From a virus (lineage: Duplodnaviria; Caudoviricetes), in IMG/VR virus record IMGVR_UViG_3300037484_001420, positions 5,811-69,810 of that record: a stretch of DNA of 64,000 bases; one strand, written 5' to 3'. Under the pieces are notes generated by a model. That model made no database searches. It worked only from the letters and a program-made list of their open reading frames with translations, and was not told the origin of the DNA. Below, in pieces: positions 18,880-26,873 of this stretch. How positions within the stretch are numbered: position 1 is the first letter of the stretch; each line of letters begins with the position of its first letter. The position numbers and the translations under genes are program-made.

Positions 18880-19132
18880 CCAAGATTTGTTCGAAGTGCA
18901 AGGTGGAAAAACCGCTCGATGCTTTTTATCTGCGTAAGGGAGCGGGTAAGGGGGCGGGTGGCGTGCTGAGCGAATGCAAAACATGCCGTTGCGCGGCTTT
19001 GCGCCAGACGACCAGAGGGCGTGTTTTCATTACATGAACCTTCAACCTTTGTGGGCGGCAGAAAATCTTTCAAAAAGCGCGAGGGTCCCATTGACGGGCT
19101 CCATTAGGGGCGTAACTATTGAGGGAGCCTAA
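18876..19132 (+). pseudogene. HNH endonuclease relic with internal deletion and frameshift
   Basis: Frame A: [17 protein letters not shown]...ECKTC (Zn finger) stops at 19037. Frame B from about 19005: DDQRACFHYMNLQPLWAAENLSKS, the classic HNH C-terminus. The central DH segment is missing. Confidence 0.8.
19091..19119 (+). promoter_or_regulatory. Capsid promoter TTGACG-N17-AACTAT
   Basis: Family consensus; upstream of the structured leader and the capsid gene. Confidence 0.75.
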
Positions 19133-19262
19133 CCCTCCGAAGCGGCTCGCCGGAGACGGCCTAACTTTTCTGCTCGCTGGCCAAGAGTGGAACCTGGAGT
19201 CTCGCAGTTTCTTGAGACGCCCGAAAGACGGGGTAAGATAGTCTTATAGTTAGGATAAGTTT
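19125..19262 (+). ncRNA. Structured 5' leader of the major capsid mRNA (candidate cis-regulatory RNA)
   Basis: GAGCC/GGCTC stem, GCCG-GAGA-CGGC GNRA hairpin, and a CCTAAC(19160-65)/GTTAGG(19249-54) closing stem around four hairpins, ending 8 nt before the ATG. Confidence 0.6.
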
Positions 19263-20540
19263 ATGGCTTTTTTCTGTGATGACCCTTCGGCAATTTCTGA
19301 TATTGCCTCCAAGGATACCTCGCGCCTCGTTGGAACCATTGCCAAAGCCTTGGCAGCCAACAGCCCCTACATGAACGTAATCGGCGGCGGGACCTTCCCG
19401 TCTGGCGTCTCTGATTCCATCCGCTCGGTTGTTCAGATGCAGGCAGCCCCCGGTGATTCGCTGGCGGTGCCCACATTCGTTTGCGACACCGACATCTGCG
19501 GCCAGCAGGGCGCGCAGGACTTGACCGACGTCGTTGAGTTTACGACCCGGCTGGAGAGCTTCCGGGGTCGCGGTCCGAACATCTGCGTCAAGAAAGGCTA
19601 TGCGGCCTTCAAGGGCAGCTACGTCATGGCTGAAGACTCCATCAAGAAATTGATGGTCCAATACATCAACGCGGACATCCGCGCCCAGTTGTATCTGCGC
19701 TCGGCGTCCAAGTTCACGGCGGCTGGCGGATACGACTTCAATTCGCTTTTCACCGGTGGCAGCGAGACCGACCTGGGCGTCCAGTTCGCTCCGATTCTGC
19801 CCACGGGTCCGATGACCTTCAAGGCTCTGCACTACATCGCTCGCTACATGCGCGAGGTGCTGTTTGCTGAGTGGTATTCCAGCGACAAGGGAATGCCTCA
19901 CTTCCGGTTCATTGGCGGCACCGACCAAGTTGAGTATTTTCGCTCGGAAGTCGGCGTGCAGAACATCATGGTCGCTCTGACCGAAGGGGGCTACAAGCTG
20001 GGTGAAACCAGTCTGACGGCCTACTCCTTCGAGACCAGCGCGGCCTACCGTGGCCTCGCATTCGGTGTTGACCAGCGGCCTCTGCGAGCTACCGGCTTCA
20101 ACGAAGACGGCACCCTGGCCCTTGTGGACCCGGTCACCATCGTGGCGAACGCCTCGAAGGGCACCGCTTACGCCAAGGTCAATCCGGCATGGTTGGATGC
20201 TGACTACGAAGTTGGTGTCCTGATTGCTGATGGCTCCTTTGAGAGGCTCACTCCGGAGAAGTATACCGGCGAAGGCACGTTCAAGTTTGCCCCGCAGTTG
20301 CACATGGGCGAATTGGAATGGCATTACATCATCGACAACGAGTGTAATACCTGGGGCGATTTCGGTTGGCACAAGTATCAGATTACTCGCGCCTATCGCC
20401 CGTTGCGCCCGCAGCACATTGTGCCGATTCTTTACAAGCGTTGTCCTGCTGACCTGGGCCTGATTGAGTGCCCGGCTCCTGCGGCGTCCAGCTACACCGG
20501 CGCGGACACCTACACGGACATCAATGTGTGTGAGGAGTAG
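19263..20540 (+). CDS. Major capsid protein
   Basis: 425 aa; own promoter and leader, strong C-ending codon bias (TTC/AAC/TAC), follows the scaffold block, followed by a hairpin; several Cys. Confidence 0.8.
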   Translation: MAFFCDDPSAISDIASKDTSRLVGTIAKALAANSPYMNVIGGGTFPSGVSDSIRSVVQMQAAPGDSLAVPTFVCDTDICGQQGAQDLTDVVEFTTRLESFRGRGPNICVKKGYAAFKGSYVMAEDSIKKLMVQYINADIRAQLYLRSASKFTAAGGYDFNSLFTGGSETDLGVQFAPILPTGPMTFKALHYIARYMREVLFAEWYSSDKGMPHFRFIGGTDQVEYFRSEVGVQNIMVALTEGGYKLGETSLTAYSFETSAAYRGLAFGVDQRPLRATGFNEDGTLALVDPVTIVANASKGTAYAKVNPAWLDADYEVGVLIADGSFERLTPEKYTGEGTFKFAPQLHMGELEWHYIIDNECNTWGDFGWHKYQITRAYRPLRPQHIVPILYKRCPADLGLIECPAPAASSYTGADTYTDINVCEE

Positions 20541-20566
20541 ACCTCGCACTTCGGGGTAGGGAACAC

Positions 20567-20601
20567 TGAGCGGCGGCGGCGACCATAACCGCCGCCGCTC
20601 A
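20567..20601 (+). terminator. Perfect 13-bp hairpin after the capsid gene (weak U-tract)
   Basis: TGAGCGGCGGCGG-N9-CCGCCGCCGCTCA followed by TTAAT. Confidence 0.65.
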
Positions 20602-20622
20602 TTAATCGAATCCGCGTCTTTT

Positions 20623-21903
20623 ATGCCTAACGATTTCGCCCCCGCTGATAAACTGTGGGATATATTCCGAAAACTCCTGGCGATTCATAATGAGTTTGTA
20701 TACCCCCCCTCATCTTCGGCGACGCAGTTTGCCCCCGGGGACACTCTTTGGACTCTTTCCCGCAAGCTACTGATTCGGCTCTCTGAAATCGTGCCCTCAA
20801 CGGGTGATACGCTTTTCCAAGCGGGTGACTCACAGTGGGCGCTATGGCGTAAAATCCTAGAGGTGTTGAACCGGAGCGAAGTCACCGTTCCCACAGATGC
20901 GATGTTGTTCCGGCCCGGCGACGGGCTGGAGGAAATTTCCCGCAAGATTTTGGACCGCGTTAATCAGCTAGCCCCGTTGCACACCGGCACTGATGTGATT
21001 TTTCGGCCGGGCGATTTTCTGCACGTCATTTGGCGAAAGATTTTGCGGCTTTTTTTCACGGCGGCTGCTGAAATAATCATTGCGGTGGTTGGGCTGGAAT
21101 GTATGGCGGACACCGATTTTATTGATGTAGCTGGGGCGGGCACCGCAGCGGCGAATGGTCGCTATCTTAAGTTTGATGTGGTGACCTACGTAAACGCAGC
21201 GTCTAACTATTTTATCACCGTGCTTAACGGGGCGGGCGGATTCGAGGCTGGGTTGTATAGGTTCGACGCGGTGCTGATGTATTCTATCCCGGCTGGTGGT
21301 GCTTTTCCGTGTGACGAGTGGGAAGTGAATGCCGGAGATGGCCCGCCTCCTATTGTAGTTTTTGGTGAGTGCGCTGATACTACCGAAGACTTAGTGCCCA
21401 CAATAGTTGTGCACTACGTTGGGGCCGTAGCGGTGACATTGGACGTTCTATTGCCGAAAGTGTGTTGTGTGCCCGGTAGCGTTGTGATTTACGAGAGTGA
21501 TAACGGCGATATGAGCGGGGCAACTGATGTAGATATTATCCCGGTAACCGGGCTTCCCGGTGAAGAGGGTTACTCTATATCGGGTATAGATGTGTCGGCC
21601 GCGACTAAGGCGTATTTGGCGGTAAAACAGCATTGCCTCGTTGGGGTGGTGAGTGATTATTCTAATGTGGTGAGCGCCGAGACCGTTGTTATTGGCTCGC
21701 CTGCCTATGATTCCATGGAGTTGTATACAGACGGGGCGTCTGTGGATGGGCTTAATGCTGGAATAAGGTGGGCCGGACCATACTTTGCGCGGGAGTCTTA
21801 TGTTAGAATTTATGCTCATGACAGCTTTGAGACATACACAAATGGGGCGGCGGTTGCAGGATTAAATGGCGGAATTGGCTGGAGCGGTGTTTACGCGACG
21901 TAG
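20623..21903 (+). CDS. Virion/receptor-binding protein with N-terminal repeats
   Basis: Five repeats of about 30 aa (FxPGDxLxxIxRKIL) and two C-terminal DSxExYTxGAxVxGLNxGIxWxG repeats. Confidence 0.75.
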   Translation: MPNDFAPADKLWDIFRKLLAIHNEFVYPPSSSATQFAPGDTLWTLSRKLLIRLSEIVPSTGDTLFQAGDSQWALWRKILEVLNRSEVTVPTDAMLFRPGDGLEEISRKILDRVNQLAPLHTGTDVIFRPGDFLHVIWRKILRLFFTAAAEIIIAVVGLECMADTDFIDVAGAGTAAANGRYLKFDVVTYVNAASNYFITVLNGAGGFEAGLYRFDAVLMYSIPAGGAFPCDEWEVNAGDGPPPIVVFGECADTTEDLVPTIVVHYVGAVAVTLDVLLPKVCCVPGSVVIYESDNGDMSGATDVDIIPVTGLPGEEGYSISGIDVSAATKAYLAVKQHCLVGVVSDYSNVVSAETVVIGSPAYDSMELYTDGASVDGLNAGIRWAGPYFARESYVRIYAHDSFETYTNGAAVAGLNGGIGWSGVYAT

Positions 21904-21905
21904 AT

Positions 21906-22595
21906 ATGAACCCAACTATTTTACTACGCACAATCAGTGGCAATCCAGAGAGGGCGATTGTTTTGTCTGGTGGCGCGTATGGTCGGCTGGTTAATCTACC
22001 CGTTGGTTGGACGAAGATACGTGTAGGGATTAGGTATCACTGCACTGATTCCGGACTAAATATGGCGTTGCCTCGTTTTGGCCTCGGTTTTGGGAGCGGG
22101 GTCGCAAATCAACTTGGAGATTATTCAGCGACTAACTTTATCGGGATTGTGACAAACGGAGCTTGGATAAGGTCGGCCACTGTTTATACTCTGGGGACAA
22201 TTGGATATTACGGAGCGAAAAAAGTTGGGTCTGTTTTGACCTTTACGGCAGCGGATGTCACCTCTAGCGGAAATCAAGTCGCGTCTGGGAATGGCGCTGC
22301 CCTTGGTGCGGCTGATTTGCAAGTGCTGTTTTGCGACATTACTAAAGGGTCGCCAAACTACACGATAAGTGGCATGGTCAACACCAGTGCTGTGGCGCAA
22401 AACATTTCTGCGGCTACGTTTTTGGCGCAAATGGTGGTGGACCCTCCGGTAATAGCTGGGCATGCGTATGGTAACACGCCGCAAACTCTCGCTTTTGACG
22501 AGGTGGGTGGTGTGTTGAGCAGTGCGCAGGTATGGTTTGACCGGTCCTCTATTCAAATTGAGATTGCGGATTTGGCGGTTGCAGTGCTTAGTTGA
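21906..22595 (+). CDS. Beta-rich putative receptor-binding protein, paralog A
   Basis: 229 aa; aligns along its length with 22603-23298 (GRLVNLP..W..IRVGIRYHCTDSG..PRFGLGFG); lower GC than flanks. Confidence 0.75.
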   Translation: MNPTILLRTISGNPERAIVLSGGAYGRLVNLPVGWTKIRVGIRYHCTDSGLNMALPRFGLGFGSGVANQLGDYSATNFIGIVTNGAWIRSATVYTLGTIGYYGAKKVGSVLTFTAADVTSSGNQVASGNGAALGAADLQVLFCDITKGSPNYTISGMVNTSAVAQNISAATFLAQMVVDPPVIAGHAYGNTPQTLAFDEVGGVLSSAQVWFDRSSIQIEIADLAVAVLS

Positions 22596-22602
22596 GAATT
22601 TT

Positions 22603-23298
22603 ATGGCTTCGACAATCATGCTGAGAAACATTGGAGGAGTGGATGAAAAAGCCCTTCAATTGAATAACTCGCAGTTCGGGAGACTGATTAATCTGCCGTC
22701 TACTTGGAGTGTTATACGAGTGGGTGTGCGTGTGCATTGCACGGATTCAGGCGGAAATTTGCTTGGGACTCCGCGATTTGCCTTGGGGTTTGGGGCGGGG
22801 GTGACCAATATGGTTGGAGTAAACACCTGCCAGCATTTCGTTGGCGTTGTTTCTGGGGCTCCGAGTTGGGTAAGAAACGCGACTTTTTATAGCATGGGCA
22901 CGGCAAGCTGGTTTGGGGCTAAGCGTGTGGGTGCTACTATCACTCAAACAGCGAGCGATATTGTAGCGTCAACAACGGTGGGACTCTGGAATCAGGCCGC
23001 AGGTGCGGGCACGGATAGGGCTTTGTTTATCGTTGAGATAACAAAAGGAAGCCCAAATTACAGTTTTAAGTGCCTTGTGAACATAGGCGCTGTTGCAACA
23101 GATTTTACTAGGGAGGCGTTCTTGAACCAGCTAGAAAATAATCCACCGTCTGCGACAAACCATCAGTGGACTGCTGCCCCCCAGACTTTAGCCGTGGATG
23201 AAGGTGCTAACGGAACGTTAAATGCGATTCAGTGCTGGTGGGACCAGGCAGACGTTTCGATAGAGCTTTGCGACATTGCCTGGGCCGTAATTTCTTAG
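22603..23298 (+). CDS. Beta-rich putative receptor-binding protein, paralog B
   Basis: 231 aa from ATG 22603; GRLINLP..W..IRVGVRVHCTDSG..PRFALGFG..ITKGSPNY..PQTLA.DE. Confidence 0.75.
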   Translation: MASTIMLRNIGGVDEKALQLNNSQFGRLINLPSTWSVIRVGVRVHCTDSGGNLLGTPRFALGFGAGVTNMVGVNTCQHFVGVVSGAPSWVRNATFYSMGTASWFGAKRVGATITQTASDIVASTTVGLWNQAAGAGTDRALFIVEITKGSPNYSFKCLVNIGAVATDFTREAFLNQLENNPPSATNHQWTAAPQTLAVDEGANGTLNAIQCWWDQADVSIELCDIAWAVIS

Positions 23299-23306
23299 GA
23301 TAGGCC

Positions 23307-23576
23307 ATGAAAGACCAGCCTTTACTTTATTTCGCCTGGGGCGGCACTCTTATGAGTGCAATCACAGCTAACTTGAGCCTCGCCATCAGCATCGCGGCGG
23401 GCCTCGCTGCTTTTGTTGCCTCGGTCTACTCTGTCTTAATCAACCGCGCGAAGTGGCGGAAGATTCGCGCGCACGAGACCGCTGTTTGCCGCGCGTGCAA
23501 GCTGAACCCCGGCTCGGTGGAGTGCCCCTTTCCGGAAGAGGACCGGCCCGCCGACTGCGCCCTGAGAATCCAATGA
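23307..23576 (+). CDS. Holin-like membrane protein
   Basis: 89 aa; hydrophobic N-terminal helices, basic segment, Cys-containing tail; precedes the lipoprotein gene. Confidence 0.5.
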   Translation: MKDQPLLYFAWGGTLMSAITANLSLAISIAAGLAAFVASVYSVLINRAKWRKIRAHETAVCRACKLNPGSVECPFPEEDRPADCALRIQ

Positions 23577-24307
23577 AAAAGCTATTTGCAATTCTACTTG
23601 CGTTTGGGTTGCTTTCGACCGGCTGCGGCCTTATCCCGAAGAAGGTGGAGTTTTTTCAGGATAAGGTGAAGAAATTTCCGGCCGAGAGTTCTCGGCTGAT
23701 TGAGCTTCAGAAGGAAGCCGCCTATGCGGCGAAGGTGGAGACGCAACAGACCGTGCGCGCGGCTGTCCTGGAGGACGCTTCTACGAATCTGGTGCAGCAC
23801 GCGGAGACGGCGGCAGTATTGACGGATGCCGTGTCTACGTCGCTGGGTCCGCCTTCGAAGCAGCCGAGCGAAACGGTCGCGGCCGATTTGCGGCGTGCGG
23901 TGGCAAAACTTGACGCGAAAATTGATGCGTTTAAACAGGAGAATGACGAAAATGCTGGAAAGAAAATTGAAGGCACTGGTGCGATTCAGGTGCCTTACTT
24001 TGCCTATCTGGGCGGGTTTGTGGTGCTGGTGTTTATGCTCTGGCATCTTGGCAAGCTTGCGCTTACTGCCGCCTCGGTCGCGAATCCTGGCGCGGCGGTT
24101 GGGCTTGGCGTGATGAACGTGGCGGGCAGCCTCGCGGGCAAGGGTTTCGTCCAACTCGTGCAGGGCGGGAAGAATTTTCTAAAGTGGGTGGACGATAACG
24201 TTCCAGACGACGCGATTCGCACAAAGCTGGTGGACGCGTTCACGGCCGCGCACAAGCAGGCCCAGGACGGAGACGTTCGGCCGGTAGTTGACAAACTGAG
24301 AAAGTAA
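23573..24307 (+). CDS. Lipoprotein with coiled coil and C-terminal TM (spanin-like)
   Basis: MKKLFAILLAFGLLSTG-C lipobox, helical region, TM segment YFAYLGGFVVLVFMLW. Confidence 0.6.
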   Translation: MKKLFAILLAFGLLSTGCGLIPKKVEFFQDKVKKFPAESSRLIELQKEAAYAAKVETQQTVRAAVLEDASTNLVQHAETAAVLTDAVSTSLGPPSKQPSETVAADLRRAVAKLDAKIDAFKQENDENAGKKIEGTGAIQVPYFAYLGGFVVLVFMLWHLGKLALTAASVANPGAAVGLGVMNVAGSLAGKGFVQLVQGGKNFLKWVDDNVPDDAIRTKLVDAFTAAHKQAQDGDVRPVVDKLRK

Positions 24308-24308
24308 T

Positions 24309-25325
24309 ATGAGTTGCCAAAATCCATGCGGTAGTCTGCCGGTCAATTCGGCGGCATCGGAGACGCTGCCGAGCCAGATTGAGAATTTCACGGCCCAGTT
24401 TTTCGGCACCGTTGTGAAGACGGAAGTCGACGGCGTTGTGTCGTGGTCTCTTCCATGCGGCCTGGACGTTGGTCTCCCTGCGAACCCGCGCGGCGTCGAC
24501 GAAGGTCTTGCGTGCTATTTTCTTCGTCTGTTCGAGGACGGTATAGTCGGGCTCACTGGTCCGAAAGGAAATACAGGGGCAGCGGGCACAAACGGAAATA
24601 ACGCCTACACGGTGACCCTCGCGTCTTTCACACAGCCGACGCTGGCTAATCCGAACGTCCAGGTGGTGACGCAATACAACCCCGCCATCCGGGACGACAT
24701 GTATATTTTCATCGACACGTCCGGCTGGTTTATCGTGGACGGAAACGATGGCAATGGGGTGCTTTTTCTCCGCCTCGTGTTCGAGCTTCCGACCCCCGCC
24801 TCCGGCACTATCCCGGCGGGCAAGGTGGTGATTCCGGCCGGGTATCCTGGCGCCTCAGTGACCGGGCCGACAGGCCCGCAGGGACCGCAGGGAGTGCAGG
24901 GAGTGCAGGGAGACACGACCACGGGCACCAACGGGTCTTACCTGGAGGACGCGGGCACCGATGACACTATCGGGCTCTCTTACGCGCAGGTTGATTTTGT
25001 CGCCTCAGAGGCGGAGGTGTTACTGCCCGTCGCCGGAAAGTATTTGGTAGTTGCGAATGTCGAATTCGAAGGCATCGGCGCGGTTGCAACTTCGGACGTG
25101 TTTTACGCGAAGCTGCGCAACACCTCGAACAACGGGGATGTAGCTGGGACCGAGACGCTGAACAACCACATAGCGCTCGGTGAGCAGCGAAAGATAACCG
25201 TAATCGGCATCGCCACAACGGACGGCGCGAATCAGACGGTTTCACTTTTCGCGCGCGGGAGCACGGCCAACGTTTTCAAAGCGCTGGCGGATTACACGAC
25301 TCTGTTTTATGTGCGATTGCAATAG
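24309..25325 (+). CDS. Collagen-like fibre protein
   Basis: Two Gly-X-Y runs (GLTGPKGNTGAAGTNGNN; GPTGPQGPQGVQGVQG) and a C-terminal beta-sandwich-like domain. Confidence 0.75.
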   Translation: MSCQNPCGSLPVNSAASETLPSQIENFTAQFFGTVVKTEVDGVVSWSLPCGLDVGLPANPRGVDEGLACYFLRLFEDGIVGLTGPKGNTGAAGTNGNNAYTVTLASFTQPTLANPNVQVVTQYNPAIRDDMYIFIDTSGWFIVDGNDGNGVLFLRLVFELPTPASGTIPAGKVVIPAGYPGASVTGPTGPQGPQGVQGVQGDTTTGTNGSYLEDAGTDDTIGLSYAQVDFVASEAEVLLPVAGKYLVVANVEFEGIGAVATSDVFYAKLRNTSNNGDVAGTETLNNHIALGEQRKITVIGIATTDGANQTVSLFARGSTANVFKALADYTTLFYVRLQ

Positions 25326-25476
25326 TTGTTGCGGCAGTTGTGCCTGTTCTGGAGTGGCGGAGTGCAGCGATATTCCGGTGGACCGGAATGTGGTAAACTT
25401 CGAGCCCGAAACTTCGGAAGGCGGGACCCGGACGGCAGGCGTGCCGACATATACGCTCGTGGTGACAAATCCTGAG

Positions 25477-25505
25477 TTGCCCGTCTAGGGTAGGTCAGCA
25501 ACTAT
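25477..25505 (+). promoter_or_regulatory. Promoter TTGCCC-N17-AACTAT
   Basis: Family member; ATG 25513 is 7 nt downstream. Confidence 0.6.
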
Positions 25506-25512
25506 TATTGGT

Positions 25513-25875
25513 ATGGAAATTAAGAATTTCGACCTGGGAGTCAAAGAGAGCGAGCGCTACGGGCTTAGTTCTCCCTGTTGCGTTAGCGCCGAGGACAAAG
25601 AGAAAGTCGTGTATCCGTCGTTCCGCTATGTCGGGCCGAAGAATTTGCACCTCTCTGACGAGGGCACCATGACGATTAAGTTCCGGAAGACGCGGAACGT
25701 GGAAGAGGAGAAGGACGGCAAATCCAGCTACGAGTGCGAGGTCGAAGTGCGCGAAATCGTCGACGCAACTCAGGCGACTGAGGAGAAAACAGACACCGGC
25801 AGCATCCTCGACGGGTTGATGAAAGCCGTGATGGAAAAGAAAAGCGGCAACTCCCACGAAGGCGAGGAGTATTAA
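25513..25875 (+). CDS. Acidic hypothetical protein
   Basis: 120 aa, E/K-rich; the stop overlaps the next ATG. Confidence 0.75.
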   Translation: MEIKNFDLGVKESERYGLSSPCCVSAEDKEKVVYPSFRYVGPKNLHLSDEGTMTIKFRKTRNVEEEKDGKSSYECEVEVREIVDATQATEEKTDTGSILDGLMKAVMEKKSGNSHEGEEY

Positions 25876-26873
25876 TGTTTCTTGTCGACGACATTTTTGA
25901 CGAGGCAAAAAAGATAATCGGCGTTTGCAGTGACGCCAAACTTTTTCGCTGGCTCGGCGACTCGGTCAGTCTGGTTGCGAACAAAGCGGACCTGGAGGGC
26001 TGGAAAGGCTTCCTTGACGTTTGCACCGCCGGATGTGCCTGCGATGGCTCTACGCCATGCACCAGCCAGTTCTGCGGTCGGCGCACTATCTCGCTCCCGC
26101 GCGAGGTTGACACGGTAATCGCGGTCAACATCGGCGGCAAACCGGCCCTCGGCCGGAGCATGCTTTTCAATTTTCACCTGAACGGTCCTGGCGATTGCAG
26201 ACAGTCGTGTGAGTGGACCTGGAACGACGGCGGCGGCTTTCACAGCACCTTTCGGGACATCACAGTCCCGACAAAATTAGTCGCCTACCTCGCGACGGCG
26301 GAGGACAACAACAAGAAGCTAATCGTTTACGGCTACGACAGCGAGGGAAAGGTGTTGCGGCGGCAAGAGGGCGGCGTGTGGGTTAACGGCTACCGAGTGC
26401 CCACAGTCTATGGGGCTGCCATCCCCGACGTTGACGCGCCCACAGTCGCGCGAATTAGTGGGGTGTTCAAAGAGGCTACCGTGGGCAACGTTCGGCTTTC
26501 CTCGATTGACGACTCCGGAGCGACGGGCGTTTTGCTGGGAGTGTATGAGCCCGACGAAACGACCCCGCAGTATCGGCGCATCACTTTGAACCGCTCGTGC
26601 AACTGGGCACGCATTGCCTACCTGAAAACGAACCCAACTTTTTCCAGCGTGTGGGACCACGTTCCTTTGCGCAGTCGGTTGGCTTGTTTACTCGCATTGC
26701 AGGCGCGCAAGCATTACGGCGCGTTGCAGTATGACCTCGCGCATTCTTGTGAAGCCGACGCGGCGCGAATCGAGCTTGAAGCGCAGACGAAAGCTGAGCC
26801 TCCAGTTTTTCATCCCTTGCAGGTCGTCGATATGAATTCGCTCCGGGATAATTCGGACTATCCAATCAGCTAA
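25875..26873 (+). CDS. Putative head-tail adaptor / tail tubular protein A
   Basis: 332 aa; position before the nozzle-like gene; Cys cluster CTAGCACDGSTPCTSQFC. Confidence 0.55.
   Translation: MFLVDDIFDEAKKIIGVCSDAKLFRWLGDSVSLVANKADLEGWKGFLDVCTAGCACDGSTPCTSQFCGRRTISLPREVDTVIAVNIGGKPALGRSMLFNFHLNGPGDCRQSCEWTWNDGGGFHSTFRDITVPTKLVAYLATAEDNNKKLIVYGYDSEGKVLRRQEGGVWVNGYRVPTVYGAAIPDVDAPTVARISGVFKEATVGNVRLSSIDDSGATGVLLGVYEPDETTPQYRRITLNRSCNWARIAYLKTNPTFSSVWDHVPLRSRLACLLALQARKHYGALQYDLAHSCEADAARIELEAQTKAEPPVFHPLQVVDMNSLRDNSDYPIS

Noticed and set aside
20538-20623. Capsid stop read-through or frameshift into the next gene
   Set aside because: An in-frame TAA lies within the downstream hairpin, and no slippery heptamer is evident.
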